From an uncultured Gemmatimonadales bacterium (GTDB taxonomy: Bacteria; Gemmatimonadota; Gemmatimonadetes; Gemmatimonadales; Gemmatimonadaceae): DNA of 64,000 nt. The stretch spans positions 608,001 through 672,000 of the forward strand of contig CAWBZV010000005.1 in the NCBI GenBank assembly GCA_963793305.1, read 5' to 3'. This document shows, piece after piece, positions 27,744-37,766 of the stretch; the stretch's first letter is position 1; each line of letters opens with the position of its first letter. The position numbers and the translations under genes were made by a program. The notes beneath the pieces are model-generated. The model did no database searches. It was not told where the DNA came from and saw only the letters and a program-made list of their open reading frames with translations.

Positions 27744-28917
27744 TGTGTGCTGTTATTTCCAAGTACATCAACCCTATCGGCTCCGTGCGTTCCGGGTGTT
27801 CGACATCGGCAACGGCGCGACGTACTTCGACGAGAAGAAGAACGTCGACATCCTCAAGCGCATCGCCGAGCAATGCTACATCCCGGCGAACGATCTGCTC
27901 GCCCGTCTCATCACTGAATCGGACGGGACGTTCAAAGTCGCGATGTCGCTGAGCGGTACGCTCATCGAGCAGCTGGAGACGCATGCCTGCGACGCCCTCG
28001 AAAGCTTCCGCGCCCTGGTGGCCACGGGCGGCGTCGAGCTGCTCGGCGAGACCTATTATCACAGCCTCGCGTCACTCGCCGACCCCGACGAGTTTCGGGC
28101 GCAGATCACGCTCCACGGCGCGCTCATCGAGTCGCTCTTCGGCCAGCGCCCGCGGGTATTCCGCAACACGGAGCTGATCATGAGCGACGAGATCGCACCC
28201 GTAGTCCGCGATCTCGGATTTGCCGCGGCCCTCGCCGAGGGCGCGGCGCATGTGCTCGGCTGGCGCTCGCCCGCCTATGTCTACGAGGCCGGCGCGGCGC
28301 CCGGGCTCCGATTGCTGACGCGTCACTATCAGTTGAGCGACAACGTCGCCTTCCGGTTCTCGGCTCGCGGCTGGAATCAATGGCCGCTCCGGGCGGACAC
28401 CTACGCGGACTGGCTGGCCAAGACGCCTGGCGATTGCGTCAATCTCTTCATGGACTACGAGACGTTCGGCGAGCACCAATGGTCGGAGTCCGGCATCTTC
28501 GAGTTTCTGGCGCGACTCCCCCAGGAGACGAGCGAGCGAGGTGTCAAATTCTTGCAGCCATCTGAGCTCGCGACCCGTCAGCCGGCGGATCGGGTGTGGT
28601 TCAACAGACCGACCTCCTGGGCTGACCAAGAGCGCAACGTCAGCGCCTGGCTCGGGAACCGTATGCAGCGCGCGGCCCACGATCGGGCCTATGCGTTACG
28701 GGGCGCCGTGCTGAAAACCGGCGATGCGACGCGGATCGAGGACTGGCGCCGGCTCACCACGAGTGATCATTTCTACTACATGGCGACCAAAGAGCATTCC
28801 GACGCCGAGGTCCACTCGTACTTCAGCCCGTACCGCTCGCCGTACGACGCGTTCATTCGCTACATGAACGTCATGCAGGACGTGCAACAGAAGAGCGAGG
28901 CGGCCGTCACCGCGTGA
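27736..28917 (+). CDS. GH57 glycoside hydrolase (alpha-amylase-like)
   Basis: YFQVHQPYRL; ETYYHSL; FRNTEL; FMDYETFGEHQW; TSDHFYYM. Confidence 0.9.
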   Translation: MADVCCYFQVHQPYRLRAFRVFDIGNGATYFDEKKNVDILKRIAEQCYIPANDLLARLITESDGTFKVAMSLSGTLIEQLETHACDALESFRALVATGGVELLGETYYHSLASLADPDEFRAQITLHGALIESLFGQRPRVFRNTELIMSDEIAPVVRDLGFAAALAEGAAHVLGWRSPAYVYEAGAAPGLRLLTRHYQLSDNVAFRFSARGWNQWPLRADTYADWLAKTPGDCVNLFMDYETFGEHQWSESGIFEFLARLPQETSERGVKFLQPSELATRQPADRVWFNRPTSWADQERNVSAWLGNRMQRAAHDRAYALRGAVLKTGDATRIEDWRRLTTSDHFYYMATKEHSDAEVHSYFSPYRSPYDAFIRYMNVMQDVQQKSEAAVTA

Positions 28918-31631
28918 GCGAGGCCGACCGCATCGACGAGGACGCCCGGCGCGTCCGCAACTGGACACGGTGGGGCCCCTACCTCTCCGAGCGCCAATGG
29001 GGCACCGTTCGCGAGGACTACTCGGCCGACGGGAACGTCTGGAGCTTCGTCCCGCACGACCACGCGCGGAGCCGCGCATACCGCTGGGGCGAGGACGGCC
29101 TCCTCGGCATCTGCGACCGCGAATGCCGCCTCTGTTTCGCCGTCGCCCTCTGGAACGGTCACGACCCGATCCTGAAAGAACGGCTCTTCGGTCTGACTGG
29201 CCCCGAGGGAAATCACGGCGAAGACGTAAAAGAATGTTACTACTATCTCGACTGCACGCCGACCCACTCGTACATGCGCGCGCTCTACAAGTATCCGCAG
29301 CGCGCGTATCCATACGATCAACTGGTGGCCGAGAACCGCCGGCGCACGCGCGCTGACCCCGAGTACGAGCTGATCGACACGGGCGTATTCGACGAAGGCC
29401 GATACTTCGACGTGACGGCCGAGTACGCAAAGGCCGCGCCGGACGACCTCCTGGTCCGCATCAAGGTCGCGAATCGCGGCCCCGAAGCGGCTTCGCTGCA
29501 CCTCATGCCGACGCTCTGGTTTCGGAATACGTGGTCGGGCGGGCGGCACGGGCGCGAGTATCCGCCGAAGCCGACGATGAAGCAAGTTGCCCCGGGTCAC
29601 GTGCATAGCGATCACGAGACGCTGGGGCCGTACACGTGGTTTGCCGAAGGCGGACCGCCGCTGCTCTGGACCGACAACGAGAGCGACCTCTCTCGCCTGT
29701 ACGGCATTTCCAATCGATCCCAGTATGTCAAGGACGCTTTTCACTACTACCTGATCGATGGTCGGCAAGATGCCGTGCGACCCGAACCCGAGGGAACGAA
29801 AGTCGCCGCGCATTATCTGCTCGATATCCCGGCGGGAGGGGAGCAGGTCGTTCGCCTCAGGCTGACGGGCGGTGAGATCCCGCCGCGCGATCCATTTGGC
29901 GACGAGTTCGACGCGACGTTCGCCGCCCGTATTGGCGAGGCCGACGAGTTCTACGAATCACGTATCCCCGAGGCGACGACCCGCGACGAGCGCGCGATCA
30001 TCCGCCAGGGGTACGCGGGCCTGCTCTGGTCGAAGCAGTTCTATAACTACGTCGTCTCCGAATGGCTCGACGGCGATCCGGCCGAGCCCCCGCCGCCGGC
30101 GTCGCGGCTCCATGGGCGCAACAGTGATTGGCGGCACGTGCACGCGCGCGACATCATCCTCATGCCGGACAAATGGGAGTATCCCTGGTTCGCCGCATGG
30201 GATTCCGCGTTTCACATGGTGTCACTCGGCGCCGTCGACACGCATTTCGCGCGGAACCAACTGATCCTGTTCATGCGCGAGTGGTACATGCACTCGAACG
30301 GTCAGATCCCCGCCTACGAGTTTGCGTTCGGTGACGTCAATCCGCCGGTGCACGCCTGGGCCTGTTGGCGTCTCTACAAGATGACGGGCCGCACGCGCGA
30401 GGCCCGCGACCGGCGATTTCTGGTGCGCGCCTTCCACAAGCTCCTCATCAACTTCACGTGGTGGGTCAATCGGAAGGACTTGGAGGGCAAGCATCTCTTC
30501 TCGGGTGGATTCCTCGGTCTCGATAACATCGGCGTATTTGATCGCTCGCGTCCTCTCCCAACCGGCGGACACCTCGAGCAAGCCGATGGCACGGCCTGGA
30601 TGGCCTTCTTCTGCGTGACGATGATGTCGATGGCGCTCGAGCTCGCGCGCCAGGACCACGCGTACGAGGACGTCGCGTCGAAGTTCTTCGAGCACTTCGT
30701 CGCGATCTCCGACGCCATGAACACGTTCGGAGGTACAGGCCTCTGGAACGACGAGGACGGGTTCTACTACGATCAGCTGAGCGTCGACGGCGCCCGGCGC
30801 GCGTTGAAAGTGCGCTCACTCGTCGGCGTCATTCCGCTGTTCGCGTGCGACGTGCTCACCGACGCGCTCGTCCAGTCGCTGCCCGGCTTCAAGAGTCGGC
30901 TCGAATGGTTCCTGGAAAATCGCCCGCTACAGGCCCGGCTCATCGTCCACGCGGATCCAGCGTCTGCCGGCGCCGACGGCCGGCACCTGCTGGCGATCCC
31001 CTCGCGAGAGCGGCTCACGCGCGTGCTTCGCTACGTGCTCGACGAGAACGAGTTCCTCTCGCCCTACGGGATCCGCTCGCTCTCACGAGTGCATGCCGAG
31101 CACCCGTTCGATCTAGATGCGGGCGGCACCCGCTATCGGGTCGACTATGAGCCCGGCGACTCGCAATCGGAGCTGTTCGGCGGCAACTCCAATTGGCGCG
31201 GACCCATCTGGTTTCCGCTCAATCATCTGCTGATCGAAGCGCTCGAGCGCTACGACTACTTCTATGGCGATTCGCTCAAGGTCGAGTGCCCGACCGGATC
31301 CGGGAAGTACCTCACGCTCGGCGAAGTGTCTCGAGAAATTCAGCGGCGCTTGGTCTCCATCTTCTTGCCCGATGCACATGGTCGCCGTCCAGTTCACGGC
31401 GATGATCCACGGTACGCCACGGACCCTGCATGGCGTGATCTCATCTTGTTCTACGAGTTCTTTCACGGGGACAACGGCCACGGACTCGGAGCCAGCCATC
31501 AGACGGGGTGGACGGCGCTGGTCGTGAGGAGTGTCGAGGACCTGGCGCGCGAGCGGAGCGGCGAGCGCCGCGGCCGCTACACCCCGGTTCGCCCATCGGT
31601 GCAAATCTCGGCGGTGACGAATGCGCCCTGA
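28914..31631 (+). CDS. GH63-like glucosidase
   Basis: WGPYLSERQWGTVREDYS; MPDKWEYPWFAAWD; GGNSNWRGPIW; EFFHGDNG.GLGASHQTGWT. Confidence 0.9.
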   Translation: MSEADRIDEDARRVRNWTRWGPYLSERQWGTVREDYSADGNVWSFVPHDHARSRAYRWGEDGLLGICDRECRLCFAVALWNGHDPILKERLFGLTGPEGNHGEDVKECYYYLDCTPTHSYMRALYKYPQRAYPYDQLVAENRRRTRADPEYELIDTGVFDEGRYFDVTAEYAKAAPDDLLVRIKVANRGPEAASLHLMPTLWFRNTWSGGRHGREYPPKPTMKQVAPGHVHSDHETLGPYTWFAEGGPPLLWTDNESDLSRLYGISNRSQYVKDAFHYYLIDGRQDAVRPEPEGTKVAAHYLLDIPAGGEQVVRLRLTGGEIPPRDPFGDEFDATFAARIGEADEFYESRIPEATTRDERAIIRQGYAGLLWSKQFYNYVVSEWLDGDPAEPPPPASRLHGRNSDWRHVHARDIILMPDKWEYPWFAAWDSAFHMVSLGAVDTHFARNQLILFMREWYMHSNGQIPAYEFAFGDVNPPVHAWACWRLYKMTGRTREARDRRFLVRAFHKLLINFTWWVNRKDLEGKHLFSGGFLGLDNIGVFDRSRPLPTGGHLEQADGTAWMAFFCVTMMSMALELARQDHAYEDVASKFFEHFVAISDAMNTFGGTGLWNDEDGFYYDQLSVDGARRALKVRSLVGVIPLFACDVLTDALVQSLPGFKSRLEWFLENRPLQARLIVHADPASAGADGRHLLAIPSRERLTRVLRYVLDENEFLSPYGIRSLSRVHAEHPFDLDAGGTRYRVDYEPGDSQSELFGGNSNWRGPIWFPLNHLLIEALERYDYFYGDSLKVECPTGSGKYLTLGEVSREIQRRLVSIFLPDAHGRRPVHGDDPRYATDPAWRDLILFYEFFHGDNGHGLGASHQTGWTALVVRSVEDLARERSGERRGRYTPVRPSVQISAVTNAP

Positions 31632-33543
31632 CGCCGAGTGGCTGGAGACGGACGGACTCGGCGGATTCGCCATGGGCCCCGTCATTGGTCCACGCACGCG
31701 TAGGTATCACGGGCTTCTCGTGTGTGCTCGCCAGCCCCCCGCCGATCGAGTGATGCTCGTCAACGGATTCGAGGCCTGGGCCGTGACGCCCTACGGCCGT
31801 TGGCCACTGTCAGCCCAGCGCTACACGCCGGACGTGACAGTACCGGCTGACACGCCTTTCGCTGTGGGGTTCACGCACGAGCCGTGGCCGACGTGGACGT
31901 ATCAGCTCCCTGACGGCACGACGATCGTGCACGAGCTGGTGGTGCCGTACGGCGCGCCCGCCGTCTGCCTGTCCTGGCGCGCGACCGTCACGCGTCCCGG
32001 TATCACGCTCGTCGTGCGCCCGTTCATCACCGGCCGCGGCATCCATACGCTGCACGCCGAAAATCCGTCTTTCGCTTTCGAATCGCAGACGGTGGCGGGA
32101 GGCGTCCACTGGCAGCCGTACGAGTCCATGCCGGGCGTGATCTCGCTCGCCAACGGCGCATACAAGCCGGATCCGCAGTGGTATCGCCACGTGCAATACG
32201 ATCTCGATCGCGCACGGGGCTACGACTTCGTCGAGGACGTCGGCTCACCTGGCGTCCTGACGTGGTCGCTCTCGTCCGGCGCGGCATCATGGGTGATGGC
32301 GGCTGATACCGACGAAGCACGCCAGTGGATCGGCCGCGCGCGCTCGTCGATCGCGTTGTCCGAGCGGGCGCGTCGCGAGGAACGGCGGCGACGCGCGGCG
32401 TTGGCGGCTCCGCTCCGGCGCGCCGGCGACCAATACATTGTCCGCCGCGGGCACGGCGAGACGATTCTCGCTGGCTACCCGTGGTTCGGCGATTGGGGAC
32501 GCGACACGTGTATCGCGGTTCGTGGTCTCTGTCTTGCAACCGGCCGCCTCGATGTCGCCGAGCGCATCCTGGCCGAGTGGGCGGAACACATATCGCAAGG
32601 CATGATACCGAACCGGTTTCCCGAGCATGGCCAGGAGCCCGAGTACAACTCGGTCGACGCGTCCCTGTGGTTCATCATTGCGGTCGACGAGCTGCTCCGA
32701 CTGGCCGGACGGGACATCGCGCATGCTGGCCAGCTGATCCTGGCCGTCCTGAACATTGTCGACGCCTATGTCCGGGGCACCCGCTATCACATTCGGGCCC
32801 AGGGCGATGGGCTGCTCGCCGCCGGTGACCCGAGCGTGCAGGTCACGTGGATGGACGCCAAGATCGGCGATCGCTGCATGACCTCTCGCGCGGGCAAAGC
32901 GGTCGAGATCCAGGCGTTATGGATCAATGCACTCCGGATCGCGGCGGACCTCGATCCCGCGCGGTGCTCCGTATGGATGGAGGGGTTCGAACGCGCCCGC
33001 GCCGCGTTCAGCGAACGGTTCTGGCGTGAGGATGTGGGCTGGTGCTACAACGTCGTCGACACCGACAACGTGAGCGGCGCGGTCGATCCCTCGTTCCGGC
33101 CGAATCAGATTTTCGCGGTCGGCGGATTGCCGAACCAGCTGCTGGGCGGCAACGATGCGCGCCGGTTGGTCGACGCCGTGGAGCAGCGCCTGTGGACGCC
33201 AATGGGACTGCGGACGCTGGCTCCCGATGACCCGGCCTATCGTGGCCGGTATGGCGGCAATCAAGAGCAGCGCGACGAGGCGTACCATCAGGGCACGGTG
33301 TGGCCGTGGCTCGCCGGACCGTTTATCGACGCCTGGGTGCGCGTGCGCGGCGGCACGGATCGCGTACGGCGCGAAGCCCGCGCGAAATTCGTCGAGCCGT
33401 TGATCGCCAGGCTCGATGAAGGGCCGGGCATGGGACACCTGCCGGAAGTCGCCAATGGCGATGCGCCGTTCGAGCCCGGCGGCTCGCCGTTCCAGGCCTG
33501 GTCGGTGGCCGAGTTGCTACGAGTCACGCTGACCGTGGTATGA
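31621..33543 (+). CDS. Amylo-alpha-1,6-glucosidase (glycogen debranching enzyme family)
   Basis: EWLETDGLGGFA; AGYPWFGDWGRDT; TWMDAK; YHQGTVWPWL; QAWSVAE. Confidence 0.9.
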   Translation: MRPDAEWLETDGLGGFAMGPVIGPRTRRYHGLLVCARQPPADRVMLVNGFEAWAVTPYGRWPLSAQRYTPDVTVPADTPFAVGFTHEPWPTWTYQLPDGTTIVHELVVPYGAPAVCLSWRATVTRPGITLVVRPFITGRGIHTLHAENPSFAFESQTVAGGVHWQPYESMPGVISLANGAYKPDPQWYRHVQYDLDRARGYDFVEDVGSPGVLTWSLSSGAASWVMAADTDEARQWIGRARSSIALSERARREERRRRAALAAPLRRAGDQYIVRRGHGETILAGYPWFGDWGRDTCIAVRGLCLATGRLDVAERILAEWAEHISQGMIPNRFPEHGQEPEYNSVDASLWFIIAVDELLRLAGRDIAHAGQLILAVLNIVDAYVRGTRYHIRAQGDGLLAAGDPSVQVTWMDAKIGDRCMTSRAGKAVEIQALWINALRIAADLDPARCSVWMEGFERARAAFSERFWREDVGWCYNVVDTDNVSGAVDPSFRPNQIFAVGGLPNQLLGGNDARRLVDAVEQRLWTPMGLRTLAPDDPAYRGRYGGNQEQRDEAYHQGTVWPWLAGPFIDAWVRVRGGTDRVRREARAKFVEPLIARLDEGPGMGHLPEVANGDAPFEPGGSPFQAWSVAELLRVTLTVV

Positions 33544-34922
33544 ATGAAGACCGGTTCAATGTCATCATCATCGGGACAGGCCAAGCCGGCGTACCGCTGG
33601 CGGTAGCGTTCGCGCAAGCAGGCCGGCGGACCGCGATTATCGAACGCCGGCACGTTGGCGGAACGTGCGTGAACGAGGGCTGCACGCCGACCAAAACCAT
33701 GGTGGCGAGCGCACGCACCGCGTACGTCGCGCGGCGTGCGGGCGATTACGGCGTGCGCACGGGCTTTGTCAGCGTGGACCTGGCCGCGGTCGTCGCGCGG
33801 AAACGAGCCGTCGTCGAGAGCTTTCGCCATGGTGGCGAGCGACGACTCGCCAACGCCGGCGTCGAGTTGATCCGTGGAAATGCAACGTACGTCGACGCGC
33901 GTACGATTCGGGTCGCGACTGTTGGCGATGCGGCGCGCACGGTGACGTCGCCGCTCTCCGTGATCAATACCGGCGGCCATCCGGCGCGGCCGGACATTCC
34001 CGGACTCGACGAGGTTACGGCGTTCGACTCGATGTCGATCATGGAGCTCACGGCGTTGCCCGATCATCTCATCGTGATCGGTGGCGGCTATGTGGCCGTC
34101 GAGTTCGCGCAGATGTTCCGGCGGTTCGGCAGCCAGGTCACGATCGTCCAGCGCGGCCCGCGCTTGCTCGGGCGAGAAGATCCGGATGTCGCCGATGGCC
34201 TGGCCGAGGTCCTGCGCGGTGAAGGTGTCGAGGTGCTGCTCGGCGCCATGCCGACCCGCATCGAGCCGGGTCGCGAGGCCGCGGTCAGCGTCACGGCCAT
34301 GACCGCCGATGGCGAGCGCATGGTCTCAGGCTCACACCTCCTCCTCGCCACCGGCCGCGACCCGAGTACCGCCACGCTCGGCCTGGACGCGGCGGGCGTC
34401 GAGCGACACGCGCGTGGTTTCGTCAAAGTGAACGAACGCTTGCAGACCACCGCACCCGGCATCTACGCGGCCGGCAACGTCACTGGCGCGCCAGAGTTCA
34501 CGCACGTCTCGTACGACGACTATCGCATCCTGCGGCGCAATCTGCTCGAGCACGGCAATGCGACGACCACGGGCCGCCTGATCCCCTACACGGTCTTTAC
34601 CGACCCGCAACTCGGGCGCATCGGCATGAGCGAGTCCGAGGCCCGCGGCATGGGCCTCAACGTGCGCGTCGCCCGCTTGCCAATGACCTCCGTCGCGCGC
34701 GCGATCGAAATGGACGAGACGCGCGGTTTCATGAAGATCGTCGTCGACGCCGGTACCCAGCGCATCCTCGGCGCCGCGATCCTCGGTGTCGAGGGCGGCG
34801 AGATCATGGGCGCGATCGAGATCGCGATGATGGGTGAACTCCCGTACCCGCGCCTCCGCGACGCCATCTTCGCGCATCCGACCCTGATGGAAGCGCTGAA
34901 CAACGCGTTCGCGACACTATGA
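33540..34922 (+). CDS. Pyridine nucleotide-disulfide oxidoreductase (RclA/mercuric-reductase-like family)
   Basis: IGTGQAG; GGTCVNEGCTPTK; IGGGYVAVE; HPTL.E; lacks the C-terminal CC of MerA. Confidence 0.85.
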   Translation: MNEDRFNVIIIGTGQAGVPLAVAFAQAGRRTAIIERRHVGGTCVNEGCTPTKTMVASARTAYVARRAGDYGVRTGFVSVDLAAVVARKRAVVESFRHGGERRLANAGVELIRGNATYVDARTIRVATVGDAARTVTSPLSVINTGGHPARPDIPGLDEVTAFDSMSIMELTALPDHLIVIGGGYVAVEFAQMFRRFGSQVTIVQRGPRLLGREDPDVADGLAEVLRGEGVEVLLGAMPTRIEPGREAAVSVTAMTADGERMVSGSHLLLATGRDPSTATLGLDAAGVERHARGFVKVNERLQTTAPGIYAAGNVTGAPEFTHVSYDDYRILRRNLLEHGNATTTGRLIPYTVFTDPQLGRIGMSESEARGMGLNVRVARLPMTSVARAIEMDETRGFMKIVVDAGTQRILGAAILGVEGGEIMGAIEIAMMGELPYPRLRDAIFAHPTLMEALNNAFATL

Positions 34923-35078
34923 GACACGCCAAGTACACAGCGCGCTTCGCGCGACCGTCTCCGGCGCGAGAACGTGAAGCGCGAGTACGTGAAGCGCGAG
35001 TATGCGACGCGCTATCAGCCGGAGCTCAAGACGGGCGAAGCGAAGCGAGCCGACGCGAAGCGTCGCTCAGAACCGTAC

Positions 35079-35552
35079 TTAGTCGAGCGAGAAGGGCAGC
35101 ACGACTGGCCCAGTCTTACGACCGTGGCCGCGCCGAGACAGCGCCGGCCAATGGCGCGCCGCATTGTCGAGCGCCGCACGCCGCGCGGCGTCCCACATCG
35201 GATCGAACGTGGTCGCCTCACAATGCGCCCGAACCTCGACCGAGGTCGCAAACGTCGCGCAATGCGCGTCGAGCTGCGCGGCCCCGTCCGCGTCCTCCGT
35301 CGCCAGCCGCTCGCTGATGACAAACCAATTATCGGTCGTCAGGACGACATCGATGCCGACGTTGCGCGAGAGCCTCGCGCCGTCGCGCCCGTCCGCGCGC
35401 CCACGGCCAATGGTCCAGCCAAAGGCCGTACGCGGACCTTCCTCGCTCAACACGAGGATCGACGTCGGGGGACCGAGATGGGCGCGAACGGCTTCCACCG
35501 CGGCGCTGACATTATCGTCCCGAGGTTCTAATATTCGAGCCGGCTCGGACAT
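35079..35552 (-). CDS. Hypothetical protein
   Basis: Open frame filling the intergenic gap; no recognisable motif. Confidence 0.35.
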   Translation of the reverse strand: MSEPARILEPRDDNVSAAVEAVRAHLGPPTSILVLSEEGPRTAFGWTIGRGRADGRDGARLSRNVGIDVVLTTDNWFVISERLATEDADGAAQLDAHCATFATSVEVRAHCEATTFDPMWDAARRAALDNAARHWPALSRRGHGRKTGPVVLPFSLD

Positions 35553-35715
35553 ATATAGTAGCGACCTCAAGCGATATCCGGACCATGATGTCGACCCATG
35601 CCAACTACCATGGGCTCATAGCGTTATCTTGCGGTGCGACCCCGTGGAATCCAGGCGTTTGCCGCATTTTGCGGCGTTTCCTCGCGAACTGCGAGACCGG
35701 ATTACTTTCACCACC

Positions 35716-36681
35716 ATGAAAGCCTTTACGCTCGCGTTGTGCCTAACGATCGGTGTCGCGCCCGCGCTCATCCCGAGCACGGCATCAGCACAACCCGCTG
35801 CCGAGCAACAGCAATCCGACAGCGAGAAGCTGCAAGAGATCAAAGTCGGTCACGGCCGCAAGGTGATCCGACCCGGCGGCGACGTCGAGCCGATCTTCGT
35901 CTGGCGCCGCGGCGCGACGCTGGCCACGCTCGTGGCGCTCGCGGGCGCCCTCGTGCTCGCGCTACCGGTCGCCGGCGTCTACGAGTTCACGAACCGCCGG
36001 CGCACGACGCTCGACCGCGGTGTGACGCAGAGCATTCTGTTGCTACCGCCGATCGTCGCCGGGATCGTGATGGTCGTGCAGAATAGCCTGGCGCTCGCGT
36101 TCAGTCTCGCCGGCGTGGCGACGACCGTGCGGTTCCGGAGCTCGCTCAAAGACACGAACGACGCCGCGTACATTTTTCTCGCGATCGCGATCGGCATCGC
36201 CGCGGGCGCGCAAGCGCTGGACGTTGCGACCGTCGTATCCGCCGGCGCATGCGCGGCTGCGCTCTTCGTCTCCGGCCTGTCCGGTATCGTCCACCAACCG
36301 CCCGTGTCAGTCGCGCCCTCGCCGTCCTCGTCATCGTCGCCACCGAAGAAGGCCGACGCGCCCGCGGCCGCCTCTCCCGACGATACCGCGCGCAGCGTCG
36401 CGATCCTCGTCTCGGCGCCGCACGACGAGCACGCGCGATCGGCGGTCGAGTCGTTGCTCGACGGCCTGGCGAAAGACTGGCGCCTCGACACACTCGAGAA
36501 CAACTCGCTTTCGGAAGAGGCGCATCTCCGCTACGTCGTTCGCACGAAGAAGCGTTTGGATGCCGATGCCTTGATCAGCGCCATCAACGCGGCCGGCGCA
36601 TCGCAGGGCATTCACGCCGAGATCGACCACGGTCCGGCACCGGCGAGCGCACCCGTGCCGGCGCCAGCGACGAGCACGTGA
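35716..36681 (+). CDS. DUF4956-family membrane protein
   Basis: IVMVVQNSLALAFSLAG...VRFR..LKD..DA.YIF..I.IGIAAG; signal peptide from ATG 35716. Confidence 0.8.
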   Translation: MKAFTLALCLTIGVAPALIPSTASAQPAAEQQQSDSEKLQEIKVGHGRKVIRPGGDVEPIFVWRRGATLATLVALAGALVLALPVAGVYEFTNRRRTTLDRGVTQSILLLPPIVAGIVMVVQNSLALAFSLAGVATTVRFRSSLKDTNDAAYIFLAIAIGIAAGAQALDVATVVSAGACAAALFVSGLSGIVHQPPVSVAPSPSSSSSPPKKADAPAAASPDDTARSVAILVSAPHDEHARSAVESLLDGLAKDWRLDTLENNSLSEEAHLRYVVRTKKRLDADALISAINAAGASQGIHAEIDHGPAPASAPVPAPATST

Positions 36682-37766
36682 TTGGGTTACCGGTCATCGC
36701 TTGCGCGATGCTCGCCGCGATCGCGCAGTCGCAGCAGCCGCCGCAGGCCGATACGACCGATGTTGCGCTGTTCCTGATCGGTGACGCGGGCGTCCCGCGT
36801 GTCGGCTTCGAGCCGGTGCTCGCCGCGCTCCAACGCGAAGTGGCCGCCGCGCCCGGCGAACGGGTGATCGTGTTCCTCGGCGACAATATTTACCCCCGCG
36901 GCCTCCCCGACTCCACGGATCTCGCGGGCCGCATCGAGGCCGAGCGTCGCCTCACCGTGCAGGTCGTCGCCGCGGAGTCCTCACACGCCAAGACCATCTT
37001 CGTTCCCGGCAATCACGACTGGGACGCCGAGCGCCCGGACGGTCTGGCGGCCATTCGGCGCGAGGCGGCGTACATTCGTCAGATCAGCCACAACACGGTG
37101 CTGTTTCTTCCAGCGAACGGTTGCCCGGGTCCGGCCGTGTTCGATGCCGGCACACGGGTTCGCCTGCTACTCCTCGATACGCAATGGTGGTTGCACGCTG
37201 GCCCGAAGCCCGAGGGACCGCCCGGGAGCTCCGGTTGTCCAGCCGCGACCTCGGCGGACGTCGTCGATTCGATCCGAACGCATATCGCAACCGCGGGCAA
37301 TCGATCGGTCGTCGTCCTCGCGCATCACCCGATCTATTCCGGCGGCGCACACGGCGAGCATTGGAACATCGGCGATTATCTGGGATCGGCTCCGGTTCTC
37401 CTCCTCCGACGCATGGTGAACTCCCCGCAAGATTTCCGGAACAGCGTCAATACGGCGATGCGGCAGGCGTTATCGAGCGCCTTCGATCCGCTCCCCCCGT
37501 TGCTGTATGTGTCCGGCCACGACCACGGCCTGCAAGTCCTGACCGGCCGACCATCGGCGCACGAGCCGCTGCGCTACATCGTATCCGGCGCGGGCGACTA
37601 CGACCATCTGGATCCCACGCGACGCGTCGACCGCACTCGTTGGGAGCAACGCGCATCGGGCTACGTGCGGGTGGATTTCTATAAGAGTGGGACGGCCCGG
37701 CTCGCCGTTCACGTCGTCGACGCGCAGGGTGGCACGAAAGAAGCTTATACAGAAACTCTACAGTGA
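36678..37766 (+). CDS. Calcineurin-like metallophosphoesterase, secreted
   Basis: LIGDAG; FLGDNIYP; PGNHDW; HHP; SGHDH motifs. Confidence 0.88.
   Translation: MIGLPVIACAMLAAIAQSQQPPQADTTDVALFLIGDAGVPRVGFEPVLAALQREVAAAPGERVIVFLGDNIYPRGLPDSTDLAGRIEAERRLTVQVVAAESSHAKTIFVPGNHDWDAERPDGLAAIRREAAYIRQISHNTVLFLPANGCPGPAVFDAGTRVRLLLLDTQWWLHAGPKPEGPPGSSGCPAATSADVVDSIRTHIATAGNRSVVVLAHHPIYSGGAHGEHWNIGDYLGSAPVLLLRRMVNSPQDFRNSVNTAMRQALSSAFDPLPPLLYVSGHDHGLQVLTGRPSAHEPLRYIVSGAGDYDHLDPTRRVDRTRWEQRASGYVRVDFYKSGTARLAVHVVDAQGGTKEAYTETLQ

Noticed and set aside
33540..34922. Mercuric reductase merA
   Set aside because: Lacks the C-terminal Cys-Cys pair, the NmerA domain and any mer operon context.
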